Shown here: piece by piece, positions 30,801 through 44,061 of the stretch
Position numbering within the stretch: position 1 is the stretch's first letter
Layout: each line of letters begins with the position of its first letter
DNA from: Tubiluchus corallicola
Taxonomy: Eukaryota > Animalia > Priapulida
Reading direction: 5' to 3'
DNA length: 61,094 nt
NCBI GenBank assembly: GCA_030141605.1
Contig: JAQGDQ010000856.1
Span: 1 to 61,094 of the forward strand
Made by a program: the position numbers and the translations under genes
The notes under the pieces: generated by a model
Seen by the model: the letters and a program-made list of their open reading frames with translations, nothing else
Database searches by the model: none
Told to the model about the DNA's origin: nothing

Positions 30801-32685
30801 ATAACAATATAAAATAATCTCTTCGTCTGAAAACCTTGAGGTGCTTTTACCTACACTCCATGTAATGTGGATTACGAAAAACCACGTTCGTCTAAGCCGT
30901 ATCGTGTGTTATTAGCGAAACCAAAGTAATAGGAGAAATCTTGGCACTTTGTCGAAACTAGCAGTTAGCATCGTAAAGCGACGGCTACTTTCACTTAGGA
31001 TTTCATGAGTTGAACACCTGCCGAAACTGAACATGGCGACGTCCGCGTATCTCAAGTAGAGCGAAAAATAGGGAATTGGTGTTTTGCCTAAAAATTCAAA
31101 GGTAAAAGGGCGTATAATGCTTTTATACATGGCGATTGTGTTTTTAAAATTACCGCAAAAGTCAACAAAATTGCTAAAATTAAGTGGAATAGCATATGAT
31201 TCATTCAGAATTTACTTTGCAAAGACTAATGCCAAAACGAGTAGAGGTATTGTAGTGTGGCGCACTTGGTGTATGGTGGTGTTACGTATGCTTGTCTAGT
31301 GGTATGGTGGCACACACTCACATTTGTTAGTCTTGAAGACCAACAATAATTTACAATTGTGCATCCATGTGTACAATTAAGCCAATTTTAGCAAGTTATA
31401 GTGAGACAGTGTGTTTGTTCATGTGAAGGTGTATAATTCAAAATTCAAATAATTCAAAAGCAAAGTCAAAGTTAAATGTCTAATTTTAAATTTTGCATCA
31501 AATAAGAATCTAGCCAGAACATTTCAGTTCATGTATGAGCATGATACACTACACGTATCTATGGTCTCTCTGGTACACTTGCCCTGGTCTCCTAGAGTTT
31601 AACACCGTGCAACCAACTCAAGACAGGAGAGTCGTAAAAGAGTGTATAATGCTTTTATAATAAAGCTTTAACGTATCGCCTCTATAGCCGAAGCTAAACT
31701 GAATTTTTTTCAAAACTCTCTGCCGAATCGGATCGGATCTAAAGTAACTTAGAGCTTCAGCGAATCGAATGCAATCAAAGCTCCAGATCGGATTCTGTTT
31801 CGAAGCTCCAGTTCTTTAGGAGCTTCGTGACATCCCCCACTGTTGTGGAGATCGCTGGCATCTATTAAAATTAAATAGAACATTGTAGAATGTTCCATTA
31901 GAATAATCGTCTTACGTTGTAGAATGTTCTAGAAAGAAACGTCTAGAATGTTCTCTGGCACGCTATATAAGGCGAAGCTGGCCGCTGAGACAGTCGCACT
32001 AATGCCACTTGCACATTCTCTTGTATACTTGTATTTTCAGATACACTTGAACGTTTTCCAGATTTTCACGTTTACTGTAAACATTTCGCTTTCCTTCATA
32101 CTTTTGTGTTGTAGAATCCTGGCTTAATAAACTAGTTTAATTTGACGACGTGTTTTCTAGTTTTCTCTGCGAGCCTTCCGAGAGAAACAAAACACAACAC
32201 CCACTGTGGAGCTTAAGGACCATAATTGCCATTTAAGCTAATAAATAACGTTTTCAAAGTTATATTACTTAGCATTAAGCTTTTATCCTTGAAATAATTC
32301 TGTAGAATTGATAGTTGAAATTTTTTGCGTTAGCCAATTTCGCACAAGTACATTGTTGCTGCACAGGCATTGCAGTTACTAAAAGATTTTTTCAGTTTAT
32401 TAGTTAGAAATTCATTTTTAATTTCTGTAAGGTAAGCAAATGCATTTCGCATGTAATTTTGCATGAAAATCCATTGTGTGAGGAGTAGGAATTAACAAAT
32501 ATAATATGATCGTTGCTTAGTGAGAGCAGTTTTTTGTGATCCCATGCAAAGCGCATGACCCTGAAGGATCTAACTTCCGCATTGTTTTGTTACAGTTTCC
32601 GCTGTGCGACGGCACACATAATAAACACAACGAGGAGTTCGGTGACAATGTTGGACCTGTCGTGATCGTCCGAAAGAAACAATAA
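27879..32685 (+). CDS. CISD2: CDGSH iron-sulfur domain protein, CISD2/Miner1 (NAF-1) type, 135 aa
   Basis: Exons 27879-27978 ([37 protein letters not shown]2-type N-terminus), 29857-30074 ([12 protein letters not shown] segment ... [10 protein letters not shown]), 32596-32685 ([29 protein letters not shown]). The 3Cys-1His [2Fe-2S] motif is intact; GT-AG introns. Confidence 0.96.
28181..28330 (-). mobile_element. CR1/L2-like LINE 3' remnant
   Basis: [27 protein letters not shown] matches the R..FFS.RVV..WN.L C-terminal motif of CR1 ORF2. Confidence 0.6.
30286..32203. mobile_element. hAT-type MITE (CAGGGATGTCAC TIR) in CISD2 intron 2, with internal repeats of about 45 bp
   Basis: Right TIR GTGACATCCC at about 31827-31836, interrupted by a solo LTR; TSD CTGTAGAG/CTGTGGAG; GAATC-rich tandem units at 30320-30600. 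Confidence 0.7.
31841..32199 (+). mobile_element. Solo LTR (BEL/Pao-like)
   Basis: TGTTGTG...CACAACA termini, 5-bp TSD CCCAC, TATATAA at about 31964, AATAAA at about 32126. Confidence 0.85.
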
Positions 32686-32903
32686 GATGGGTTTTCGTCA
32701 AGGTGGCAATCGTAGAAATCAAAAGACCCAAGACACGGAACAGTGTCATTCATTACTACTCCCCCCTAGTGCCTGGTTTGCCCGGTGATTATGGACAGAT
32801 AATAAAGCTTACTGTGGTATTTTTGTACTCATGTGCTAGATAGATTTTGCATCATATTAGACTGCAATTTTTTTTCCAAACACTCAGTCAGTAGGGTGCT
32901 TAG

Positions 32904-33464
32904 AAGGGATGCAATGGATCCAATTTTGCCGTTTCTGGATCGGATACGGATCTGGTTCTGGATCTACAAATTAACATAAACGATGTTCATTTTAGGGTCA
33001 CTGAGCAATTCTGATGTACTGTAATTTGTTCTGCACTTGAACATCACATATAGCATCATTTCTATTTGTCTGGTTTAAATTAAAAACTTTAAACTTCTGT
33101 TGGAAGTATACGGCTCTAAATTTTCAGCAGACATTTTTGTGGCAGTTGTTCTATCTTTGCTTGCTGTTCGCAGCAAGGTAGCCCCAACGTGAAGATTGCC
33201 GGTATTGCTTGCGTTACAAGCATGGCGGCATAACAGCTGAGCAATATTTTCGTAAATTTCCAAAGGTTTTAATCGAAATGCTTCAAATTTTTTCACAAAA
33301 ATTAAAGACTGTTCGGGTAACTAAACTGTCATGTGTATCATTTCTTGCCTGCTTCAATTTTTTTCTACCCGTAGACAAGTAGAAATACAAACAGTGCAAA
33401 ATCCGAGGAACATTTCTGCCGGATCCGAATCTCAGGATCCGGAACCGGATCCAGTACATCCCCA
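32904..33464. mobile_element. MITE with GGATCC-rich ends
   Basis: AGGGATGCAATGGATCC ... GGATCCAGTACATCCC imperfect TIRs. Confidence 0.6.
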
Positions 33465-33835
33465 TTGCTTAATTGTCAGTCTGTCGTTGGATCTTCTGTG
33501 CTGTACTGATAACTAGACGTCATAGTTTATTTGTGCAGCTGACAAAATAGAAACAAAATATATATGTATGCCCTGTAATTAAGATTTGGTCTTCATCATT
33601 GTCATCATCATTATCATCGTCATCATTATCACCACCACCACCTACTGATGGGCGATTTTGAAACTTTAATTCGATTGTAGTCTTGTTCTTGAAATTCAGT
33701 GTCACGATTAATCTTTTGCGGCGATTTTTTTTAGTGTTTTAGTCCTTATTTATCAATGGCTGCAGTGAATGAGCCTCCAAGCTTCTTCACGGCTTTCGTC
33801 ACCGTCTGCCATACTTGCAAACTATTTATATAGAC

Positions 33836-34382
33836 CAAGGATGAGAATGACAAATTGCAAAAAGTCTGAAACAGGCCGGGGGTTTGGGAGCCATCTAGGT
33901 CCCCAATGAGGTTGAGAGGCAAAGCCCCCATGGGGGTTAAAGGTGGCGAAGCCCCTTGGAGCCAGAAACAAATTGCAATTTTGTGACCATAGAGAGCCTC
34001 TACGTGGACTTAAAATATCAATTACCTTGTTTCATGCATAATTTAAAATACCCAACTATCAAGGATACATGATACTTAATTGTCTCATAAATGCCTAAGT
34101 ACTGGCCGCTCATATGCAAAAGTATATAAAAACTGTCTGCAATTGACTCAAATAACTCCGCACAATTGATTCTATATTTTTATACGTAGAGATACACACA
34201 TGGTTACACTGATGTACGTGATGTAAACAAAGTAACAGCCTGCCAACTAGTGGTCAGCTTGTGTAACAATGTACGGGGTCCGTAAAAATTTTCTCAACGA
34301 ATTTACGCGACTTACAAAAATGGCACTACTGGTCTTCCAAAAACTCGGAATTCCGCGTATCCGCGGAAAATTCTCATCCCTG
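33836..34382 (-). mobile_element. hAT-type MITE, family A, inverted copy
   Basis: Reverse-complement match to 6548-7056; termini CAAGGATGAGAAT / ATTCTCATCCCTG. Confidence 0.85.
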
Positions 34383-37021
34383 ATAGATACGCACCTCTTT
34401 TCCTTTAACTACTCTATGATGACATCACTACACGTGACACGCGCCAACAAATTAAAAGCCAGTAAATTGTTCGCAACATTTTGGTTCGCAATTGTGCGCA
34501 TTGTGCAAAGCGAGACAAGGGAAGAAATGGCGTAAAGATTTCGTTTACTTGTGCTAAAACACTTGTGTTTAAGTCAGCGTATAACACTTTTATTTTGGTC
34601 TCGATTAATTGAATTACTGTTCAATCGCCAGTTATATCGATTTACACATGGCTGTAATCGGAAATAATGCGATCAATCGCCCATCAATGATCGTCATCAG
34701 CTGTATGCAGGCTCTTATACGTGCATTACAATATTCTTAATTTTGTAAAGTGCTGTCACTTTTCTGTGCGTTGCTGTTTGTTGTTTATTTTGCCATTTGC
34801 AGTGGCTTCTCGGTGTTTTGTGGCCAATCTAGGCCCCTGATAAAATTGTCAAATACGTTCATGCTCACACGATATATATACTGCCTTGTATATCAAAGCA
34901 AATTGTCTTTGACAAGAACTTAAACTTGAAAAGGAAAAAAGTGTCGTTAACATTAAGTTAGAATCAATAAATAATGCCAGTAAATGAAACTGTGTGAAAT
35001 TAGACAGTGTTAAACACTACCATATTAAGGATGAGCATCAAACGTTCGAGTTCATTTCGAACAGTTTTTTTGTTTGAATGTGATTCGGTCCCAAAGTTAT
35101 GAATTCGAATAATTCAGCACTTGAGCTGCATACGATTCTTTGTCGCTAAAACGTTTAACGCAGCATCCAATCAGCACGATTTTGCTGCGATTTCAACGCC
35201 ATTAAAATTATTAATGTTTTTGCTGCAAACAAAGTCAAGCAATATGAAAGATCTTTGAGAGAGCACTTTTTACTCTTGCTTCAAAAATCCTTAAAACTGA
35301 ATTCGAATTTCATTCGTATCCAGGTTTAAAGATTTTCAAATCATAGATAAAAAAACAGTCACTCAAAGATAATGCATATTGCTTTGCCTTGATTCGAGTT
35401 CGAAAGACAAGTTCGAATTTGCTTTCTGATTGCTACCCGTACTGCATGTGCGTGTTTTCTCCATCTTACTTTTCTGTATTTGCTAAGGCATAAGACTCGT
35501 TCTTTCAGACATTTGCTAACCTTTGTGCAATTGGTGATTATTAATTTGAGTAGTGTACACTGTATAGCAAGATCTCATTCAAAAGCGGGCATACGTAATA
35601 CACACGCAAAGCCTAAATCAGGGCTGGTTAGTTTTCAAATTCGTTTAGTAAGCACCTTGTATGTTGATCACAAGCTTATTGTGATGGTTATATATATATA
35701 TATAATCGCTATTATTTGTAAAGATATCTAGTTATTTTTGATAATAAACAGATTTAGTTGCCTTAATGGGAAGCATTTCTGGTAGTTTGTGATGCCGTGA
35801 ACATCGTATTTATCAATGGCGGCTCGTGTATAAGCACTTTGGAACTGCAGCACCCCCTATTTTCACTCTACATCATCGATATCATTCAATATAATAAGTC
35901 GTTTTTGTTTAGTTCTTTCTTTATACTTGTGCGGAACTAGAACACATGAGGGCAGTGCTGTTTACTTCACAACCCATCACAGTGGTGTGAGATAACACGC
36001 TGTACGGTGCAGTGCTGGCGACTGCTGTTAGGTAGAGAAAGTACTGTCACTCATACAGTTTGTTGTCAGTTGACACGTGCTTAAATACCGTGTACTAGCA
36101 TGTTCTTGCACTGCAGGATTTTTAGGCTATTAGTGTATTGTGGTTTGCACTGTCTGGCCTTATTAATATTTTTGTTGTCTAGGGGAATTTATTGTGTGCA
36201 CTACAGTTCATTAACCTCACTATAATAATAGCGTAGGTGTGAAGTTTGGGTCCGTTTCTCACCTTTACTTCAGTTTTTTTTTGTTTTTTCTGCTTTTATC
36301 TCAGCAGGGCAGTGAATGCATGGATCTCGGCTAAAACACTTGTTTTATACACAAACGCGGTGCTCAGCGCATGCGCATTGCCAGGCGATACCATACTGCA
36401 TGTGAAATGAGGGTTTTGAGCAACTGCTACTTATTTTCATTGGCATCTTCTTAATAAGCTACTAAATTGCTTATTTTACAGTTTACTTTGTCATCTACTT
36501 TCTTCTAATTATTTTGCAGCTAACAAATATTAACAATTGTTTAAGCTCTACTAAAAATAATCTTCGGTAAATTAATTTGTTTATCAAGCATCCGAACGGC
36601 TCTCAATTGGCATGATTTTCTTGTTGCGCGCCCTCTATCGGCGGCTTGCATAGTTAGTTTTTGTAAACAAACATGTCCGCTCCCAGCGAAGGCATTTATT
36701 GTAGCAAAGGTTAGGTGGGTTTTAAACAAGGCAAAACACCACACACCCCCTTCTAAATTACTCCACCTGCCCTCAGGTGGTCAAAAATAGGAGGCATTTC
36801 TTTTGTGCAGTTGCACACTTCATTGCAGTATTGGAGAAGTTAACAAAGCTCTGCCCACTTTTTGTAAGTCTTTGTTGTAGATACTTCGGTAAGTATCTTT
36901 ACTTGTTGCACTTTGTTTGGAAGTAACAAAACAAGTGCTGGATTGTAACTGCATCATATCAACTACTCCAATAGTACAATTATGCCAGACAGTAATTTTA
37001 AATTGCAAAAATCCTTTACTT

Positions 37022-37452
37022 CAAGGGTGTGCAAATTATCTGACTAGCCGGGCCACATTAAATATTCCCGCAATTCCTGTGGGCCACATGCAGTTTGGTC
37101 AAGGAGTCAAGTACAGTAGGACCTAATAACGATTTTTCTGCATCTGATCTGTCACATCAATACTACTGCATACTACACTCAAAAAACTATTTTAGAAATT
37201 ATTAAAATTAATATTAAAAACCAAATATTTCGTCATGTCCGACAGTGACATTAAGTGACAATGGTCTTGTAAGGGTTAGTGCCATCTGATTTAGAGGAAA
37301 AAACTACCCGCACTATCTTTGCGATATTGGCGCAGACATCAGCTAGATCGCGTGGGCCGCACTTTCATTACGTTGACAGACCTCTTCGCGGGCCGCACAA
37401 GATCTCTCGGCAGGCCGCAAGTGGCCCGCGGGCCGCAGTTTGCACACCCCTG
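37022..37452 (+). mobile_element. hAT-type MITE, family D
   Basis: Near copy of 17488-17893; perfect TSD CTTTACTT. Confidence 0.9.
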
Positions 37453-37744
37453 CTTTACTTTATTAAAATGTGCAAAATGTACATTTCTATAAAATATATA
37501 TCTTTCAAAATACAGTGTTAACATACGTATATTATTATATACGTGTGAAAGACATACAATCTGTGGCATCATATCAAAATAAAGCATTGCATAATACTTA
37601 TGTTCTATAAGATTCAGATCAAACAAAATGTTGTTTTTAATGAGGAAAACATTAATCAAATAATCACAATATCCAACCAATGGTAACATAATATCACTTT
37701 GCTCAATATAATGTTAAGAGATATTTGAAACCAAATTATGACAA

Positions 37745-40740
37745 TTTTTTTTTTACTTTTCCCTGAAATCTCTAGCAAAAAGGTTGACAAGAACTAAACA
37801 TTTAACAAAGTAATTTTAACACACTGAGCATTGCACCTTCTTTTCTTAATACTGAATACATGAGGTAGAATAAAATGCATAAAAAATGAGAATGCAATCT
37901 ACACAGAATTACACATAAGATTACAAAAACTGATTTATATAAAAAGTGTAAACGCAATATAGTATTACAATCTATTCTAAAGTGTAAACAGATACAAATA
38001 AAGTGGCATACTTTTATCGTGGTCACAATCATCACAGGAGCTGCTGGTCTCACTATCACTTGATCTAGAACTGGAAGAGGTAGATGAAAGATGTTTAGTG
38101 TGTCTCATTCCTAGTGGACTAATAGATTTCTTCTCATCCAAAGGAGTTTGGATGGGGACTTCAGTTTCCACTACATCAGAAGTAGCTTGTCCCACCTTTA
38201 TTATTTTCTTATTGATCGGGGAACTTTCCTTACCCAATCGCTCTTTGGAAGACCTTTTTCTCTTACTTCTGTTTTTACCAGGCGACTTCTCTCTGTTAGA
38301 ATCATCAGTGGGTTTGGTATGACCTGAAGATTCCACATTAGTAGTGGGAGATGTGCTTTTGTCTGCCACTGGTAGTTTGGGGATGGGTCTTGGGTCCACA
38401 GGAGCCAACATATTATATATTTGCTCCATCACCTGCTTCTGCAATTCCATATACTCTCTTCCAATCCTGATAGTTTTTTGGATAAGGGACGGTAGGTTGG
38501 ATGTCACATATGAGCCATTTGTTGCACTACTACTACCTTTTCCATCGTATCTCCTCACAAGGACTAGTGGTTGCCATCAGCGCATTAATTCAGCTGTTCC
38601 CATTAACGGCCGTCTCTGGGGCATCGCCTGACCAGCGTGACATTGCTTCCAGTGTCGAGACTTTGCTTGCAACGATCCACTATTAAATGTGCATTTATTA
38701 CATTTGAATCGTGATGTATTCATCTGAAACAAAATAAAAAAACATAAAGATTGATGTTTTCCAATGTTTCTATGCACTATATATTAAAATCTCTGACGCC
38801 ACCAGAAGAGCCATTTTCAGAGCAACAGTCCTTCCATTAGTGTGGATGGATGCAGTTTAACGCCTTGCCCAAGGTGGACTTCATAGTGACTTATAAGTCT
38901 AGTCGAATAGGTGGTTTTCTTACTCTAGCACCTCTGCGAAGCTTGGTTTCTGTTTCAAAGCCAGAAGCAGAATCATAAACTGTAGCTTCTTCAAGTTCGC
39001 ATGGCTGCTCCTTCTCATACAATCTCCTCCCAAAAATGAAACATTTTCCTCTGCATGGTCTGCATATTGTTTAACATGGTCCAATCCATAGGTGTTTTAT
39101 CACCAAAATACGGCTTCAAATTGTCTATATGAACAACTTTGGGATTTGTTTTAGCATCTTTTTAAATTTTATATGTAACACCATTAATCTTGGTTAAAAC
39201 AAGATATGGACCTTGAAACCCTTGGCCTAACTTTCTTCTGAGTGCAGGTGGATAAAAATACCATACCCAATCACCCTCTTTAATCTGCATGGACTTGACA
39301 TTGGTATGTCATAATCTCTTTTCTGTCTCTGCTGCTTTGAGGAGAGAATTGCGGGCAAACTCATGTGCTTCTTTTAAATTTAACACATCCTTAGTCCATT
39401 CTACATATTCATGAGGACAGTGAGTTGGCCTCTCTGGCTGTGGAGGTGACCCTACCATAATATCTAAGGGTATATTGTTCTCCCTCCCAAACATCATTAG
39501 GTTAGGAGAGCAGCCCGTAGATGCGTGAGCTGTGGCTCTATAAGCCATTAGGACGCATGGCAAATGATCGTCCCAATTATCCCTCTATTCATTTACGAAT
39601 ATAGCTAACATTTGTTGTAAGGTTCTATTAAACCTTTCAACAAGACGATCTGACTGAGGGTGGTAAACTGTTGTACGAGTTTTATCAATTTCAAGAGCTT
39701 TACAAACACCTTTAAACAACTTGGATTCGAACTCAGTTCCTTGGTCAGTATGAATCTGCAAAGGTACGCCATACCTACAGATAAATTCTGTTACAAGTGT
39801 ATCTGCCACAGTGTATGCCTCGTGGTTAGGAAGTGCATTTGCTTCTACCCACTTAGTAAAATGATCACATACAACCATGATCACTTTATTTTTCTTGGAA
39901 GTTTCTTCCAATGGGCCAAGTATATCAATTGCTATACGTTCAAATGGACCTGTAGGCATTTGTTGTTGAAGCTTTCCCCTCTTAGGACCTTTTCCAGGCT
40001 TCCTTCGAGCACAAGCAGAGCAAAACTTACACCATCTTTTAACATCATTTTGATATCCAGGCCAATAAAAGCGCTGTTTCAATTTTGCTATACTTCTGTG
40101 CACACCCTGATGTGCACCAGTTCTAGGACTATGTAGATGATTAAAAATCTCCCGTCGCAATCCATATTTCACAATCAACTGCCTTGTTGGAGAGCTAGGG
40201 GTAATGCTAGTCTCAAATCGTTTGTACAGCAGTCCATCATATATTTCTAAGGTATCCCATAAGTTCCAGTACGTTCTAAAATCTGAACCCTTGTCTGCTA
40301 TTTTTTGAAAATCAGGTTTAGTTTCTCCATCACTAATTCGCTCCCTAAAGAAATCTATAGCTACATCTTGCTCTTGTAATTCCTTTAGGCGCCATTTTGA
40401 GATGTCAAATGGTAAATCAGCAGGGCTTTGCACTGGTCCTATGGAGGCTCTTTCATCTAAGGGAATGTCAGCATCCAAGTCATGTGGAATACTTTCCCTT
40501 GGTCCTCCAATAGGATTCATCTCTCCCCCCTTCTGGGTTTCACCATCTTAACAGACAACTCCAGTGATGGGACCGCAATTACGTCACTCTCAGAACTTTT
40601 ATGTTCATCCCCGTGAACATTTAGAGCAACACTCTTTGGCTTCACGTCACTACTGCTTAAATGCACCACTGGCTGCAGCAGATCGGTCACATTCTGAGAA
40701 GCCAATCCCCTAGAAACATTACAAATTACAAACCACATTA
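37745..40740 (-). mobile_element. Decayed, 5'-truncated Gypsy/Ty3 LTR retrotransposon (integrase region plus downstream ORF)
   Basis: ORF 40520-39585 has the HHCC zinc motif (HLHS...AHQG...CKFCSAC) and DDE core (IAIDILGP, IHTDQGTEF, LVERFNRTL). It continues past an in-frame stop into 39563-39309 and, after a frameshift, a GPY motif at about 39200. No gag or RT seen; boundaries approximate. Confidence 0.9.
37977..38723 (-). pseudogene. Gypsy-associated extra ORF: N-terminal C2H2 zinc finger plus Ser/Lys-rich region, one internal TGA
   Basis: TTTTATTTTGTTTCAG|ATG at 38723; FKCNKCTFNSGSLQAKSRHWKQCH = C-x2-C-x12-H-x4-H; same frame as ORF 38558-37977 apart from TGA at 38579-38577. Confidence 0.65.
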
Positions 40741-41633
40741 GTAAGCAAAAAAATTACAGTTTTAGTTACGCAACATTTATTAAAACTAAATTAACGAATG
40801 CATCCATAATAAAAAGTAAATAATGAATCACTAATGCACAGTTCAAAACTGAGTCCTGCATTTTAGTTTACTGAACAGCGTTCCCAACTGAGATTTGCAA
40901 AACTCGGTTTCTGCTTGTCAGAAAAATTGTCAACTAGTTTACAGCTACAACTTCTTAGTCAAGCTCTACAATTTATTAGTCCAGACTGTCAGTCTTGCAG
41001 CGCATTTAAGTCTTTGCCTCATTGATTCTTCTACTTTCAGCCGCTGCTTGCTGTACCCAAGTCCTTTATATACACCACTCCTGTGGCACTGGCAATAGTC
41101 CTCTTTTGTATTTTGGTTTGATGATAGCCAGAATCCTTCACATATCGACAGTAGTTGTTTTCAACTTCAGCATGCTCCCATTGAAGAAAATTTGTAAATC
41201 ATTAATAGTTTTATAATAATTGATTTTTGTTTAATTTTTTTATTCAGTTTGTTGTTTTTGTTTTTAAGTCACCTAGTTAGCTATCCTTTAGTGGGCATAA
41301 ATATAATTATTAGACACTGGTGAGTCTGAAAGTATAACTGAAAGTATTTTGTGGATAAAACATATTTAGAAAAAGTCATAGAAAAGGTTTACTGGGATGC
41401 GTATGGTAAAAGGATAAAATGCAAAAAAACCGGTCTGGGGGTAATTCCCCCCGCACCCGTGACCCTATAATGGTTAATATAATTAATATCATGTTGGTAA
41501 GGTTGCATTACGCTTAAACCTTAGTGAGTATTGATTGATTTGCTCTTACCTGTGATTTTGCTTTAATTGTGCTGTGAAAATAATCCAGTCAAAAATAGTC
41601 ATTAGAGAAACATAACGAACGATTTGTATAAAT

Positions 41634-41958
41634 TGTGGCCACACTAATAATACACTTTATTAACAAATTTAACTGTTACACTTTACATTACGTTACAACA
41701 AAAATAATCACATAATTCACACCACTTTAAATAATCTCACATATAGGCCTATATAAAAAAGAGAACAAGAAAAAAGGGACCACCTTGTGTGGTACCTGCT
41801 GATAGGTGGTCACCGATCAGCGATGACACTTCCTTTTTATAGGCAAGGTTAACTAAACGCATAGTTACACATGCATGAACGAAGCCCAGGCTTGATTTAA
41901 AGCGGATTTTCCGATATTACCCTATTTAATGGCTCCCCCTACTGAGCAAGTCTACACG
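41634..41958 (-). mobile_element. Candidate solo LTR
   Basis: TGTG...CACG ends with AAAT on both flanks; on minus, TATAAAA then AATAAA in LTR order. Confidence 0.45.
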
Positions 41959-43024
41959 AAATGTCTTTGCCATTTCAGTGTGTGCTTGGCACGATAAGTC
42001 TAAAAATTATAGAAAGCTAAAATGTGTTTGGAGATGTAGAAATTCAACATAGTTTACTATGGAAAATAGTTTACTATTCATTAATGTGTTCAACTTGTAA
42101 CCGTCTTTATAAATTATTCAAGATTACAGGTAGTTAAATTACACTTGAAGATGTAGAATTGTATAGAAGTGAATTAATGTATACAATTGTTCAAATTTAA
42201 ACATATCTCAACTTCTGAAACAACCATCTTAACACAAAAAAGCACAAAAAGCTTTCAGTAAAAAGCACTTCGTACCAGGAAACACTTCCAAACTCGTTAT
42301 TATCGGCTTCAAATTTAGAAAAAAATGCCTTATAATCCTCATTTTGGAATGTGATGCTTGAACGACAAGCTCAACTGTCTAACTGCTAGTGACCGATGTC
42401 CAATCACAGAACGACCTGTAGTTTAGTGTATTTAAAATAAGATTTGTCAAGTTCGTTTACTGATTTACTCATTTACTTTTTGTAAATAAGATATACTTGC
42501 TAAACAATCAATTTATGTCGACAAAAAGATCAATGATTTACTTTAGTAGACTTTAAATTATGTATTATTCGACCAGCACCTTATTATGTTTAATTAAACT
42601 TCGGTTTTAATTAATAATGTTATAATTACTATTCGTTTGTTTGCCTTATACGTATTAGATTGTGAACGTCTGCTTTTTATTAATGAATAAGTTTATCTAC
42701 TTATTACGTAAATACAAATTGTACACTTTGTCTTTTATGTATTTTAATTTTATTATCTTTCTAACCTGAAGACTTTTGTGCCAGTTTTACTGTAGAATGT
42801 CCAAAGCTTGTAAAATAAATTATTTTTAAACTAAAAACGAAATTAATCAGGCCTAACTTTGTTCTTTTGCATGAAATGAAGCTTTTCGTGGCATTCCGAA
42901 GTTTGTATAAACAAGAAGGCCTAATTTCTTTTTATCGTTAAGCCTATCTACTGATCTTATTCAATTATATTGCATTACTTAAAGCTGTGACGTCACCACA
43001 GAAGATAATCGTGTTTCTGATCTA

Positions 43025-43530
43025 TTGGTTGGTTAGTATCCTTCTGTCTCGAAAGACAATGGAGTGTGCGCCAAGAGAGTCAGTTATTAATCACATTGAT
43101 GGAGCTGCAGCGTCGACTGTGGCTGAGCAGTGCGATCCTTGAACGTCTCCAGGGCGCATGCCTGGGCAAGGTGTATGGAGATCCTGTGTTGCCCAGACAA
43201 CAGGAACCCCCTCTCTTCCTCCCTGGTCCAAAGGAAAGCAGAGCGATACGTTTGGCACCAGGTTGGCTGCAGGAACTGCCTGAGTCAGCGAGCATGCTGC
43301 ACTGGTCCACCTTCGGGGCTCCACTCCTGATTTGGAAGGTTTACTCCTCTACACATGGCCGTTGGGTCACTTGACCTCCTCCGCCCACTAGCCGTTGGCT
43401 GCTTGTGCAGCTCCTCCGCCTAGTGTCGAGACACAGTGTGGGCATCCCGCAAGCCCACAGCACCTGGTATTCCTAGGCGGTCACCCATCCAAGTACTAAC
43501 CAGGTTCTAAGTAGCTTAACTTCGATGATC
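43025..43530 (-). mobile_element. 5S rRNA-headed SINE (SINE3-type), 5'-truncated head
   Basis: 43530-43451 on minus is the 3' two-thirds of 5S rRNA (GAAGTTAAGC box A, GGTTAGTACTTGGATGGGTGACCGCC IE/box C, GAATACCAGGTGCTGTGGGCTT). No T4 terminator follows; then a GC-rich body of about 420 bp and an (ACCA)n tail. Confidence 0.75.
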
Positions 43531-44061
43531 TTAACTTAACGAAATAAACTTAATAAAATCTAAATTTAGTATTCAAATTGAAATAATATTTAACACATGC
43601 ACCAGGTATTTAAAATTAGTCTTTAAAATAGCTGAAAATTTACGATTTTCTTTCGAAAAAAGGTTTTGGTTTTATTGGCGTGGCTTGTTTTCTTGTGTTT
43701 CGGTTTATTTTAGCTTGTGTGACGGTAACTGCAAGGCGGAATGACCGTAACCGCTTCCGACAATGGCTCAATATTACTCCAAGCTTGAACAATTTCTTAC
43801 CAACATACTTATATACTTACAATGTTCCAGGAAGTTGTCAGTGCGTCGCGTATCTGCCCTAGGCCCAAAATTATTAACAAAATTTTAATTGAAAATATAT
43901 TAGCAGGGCTTGTTAGTTGTCACCGTACAAATAATCATAATGAATTATTTATTATAAGCAAAGGGTTAACGCACTAAATACGAAAACGTCGACTTTATCA
44001 TTTCTGTGTGACGTGCATCTATGTACGGTCGTGTTCTATCTTTGTTAACTTACAAAACAAG

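Noticed and set aside
43451-43530. Functional 5S rRNA gene
   Set aside because: About 40 nt of the 5' end are missing and there is no oligo-T terminator; better explained as a SINE head.
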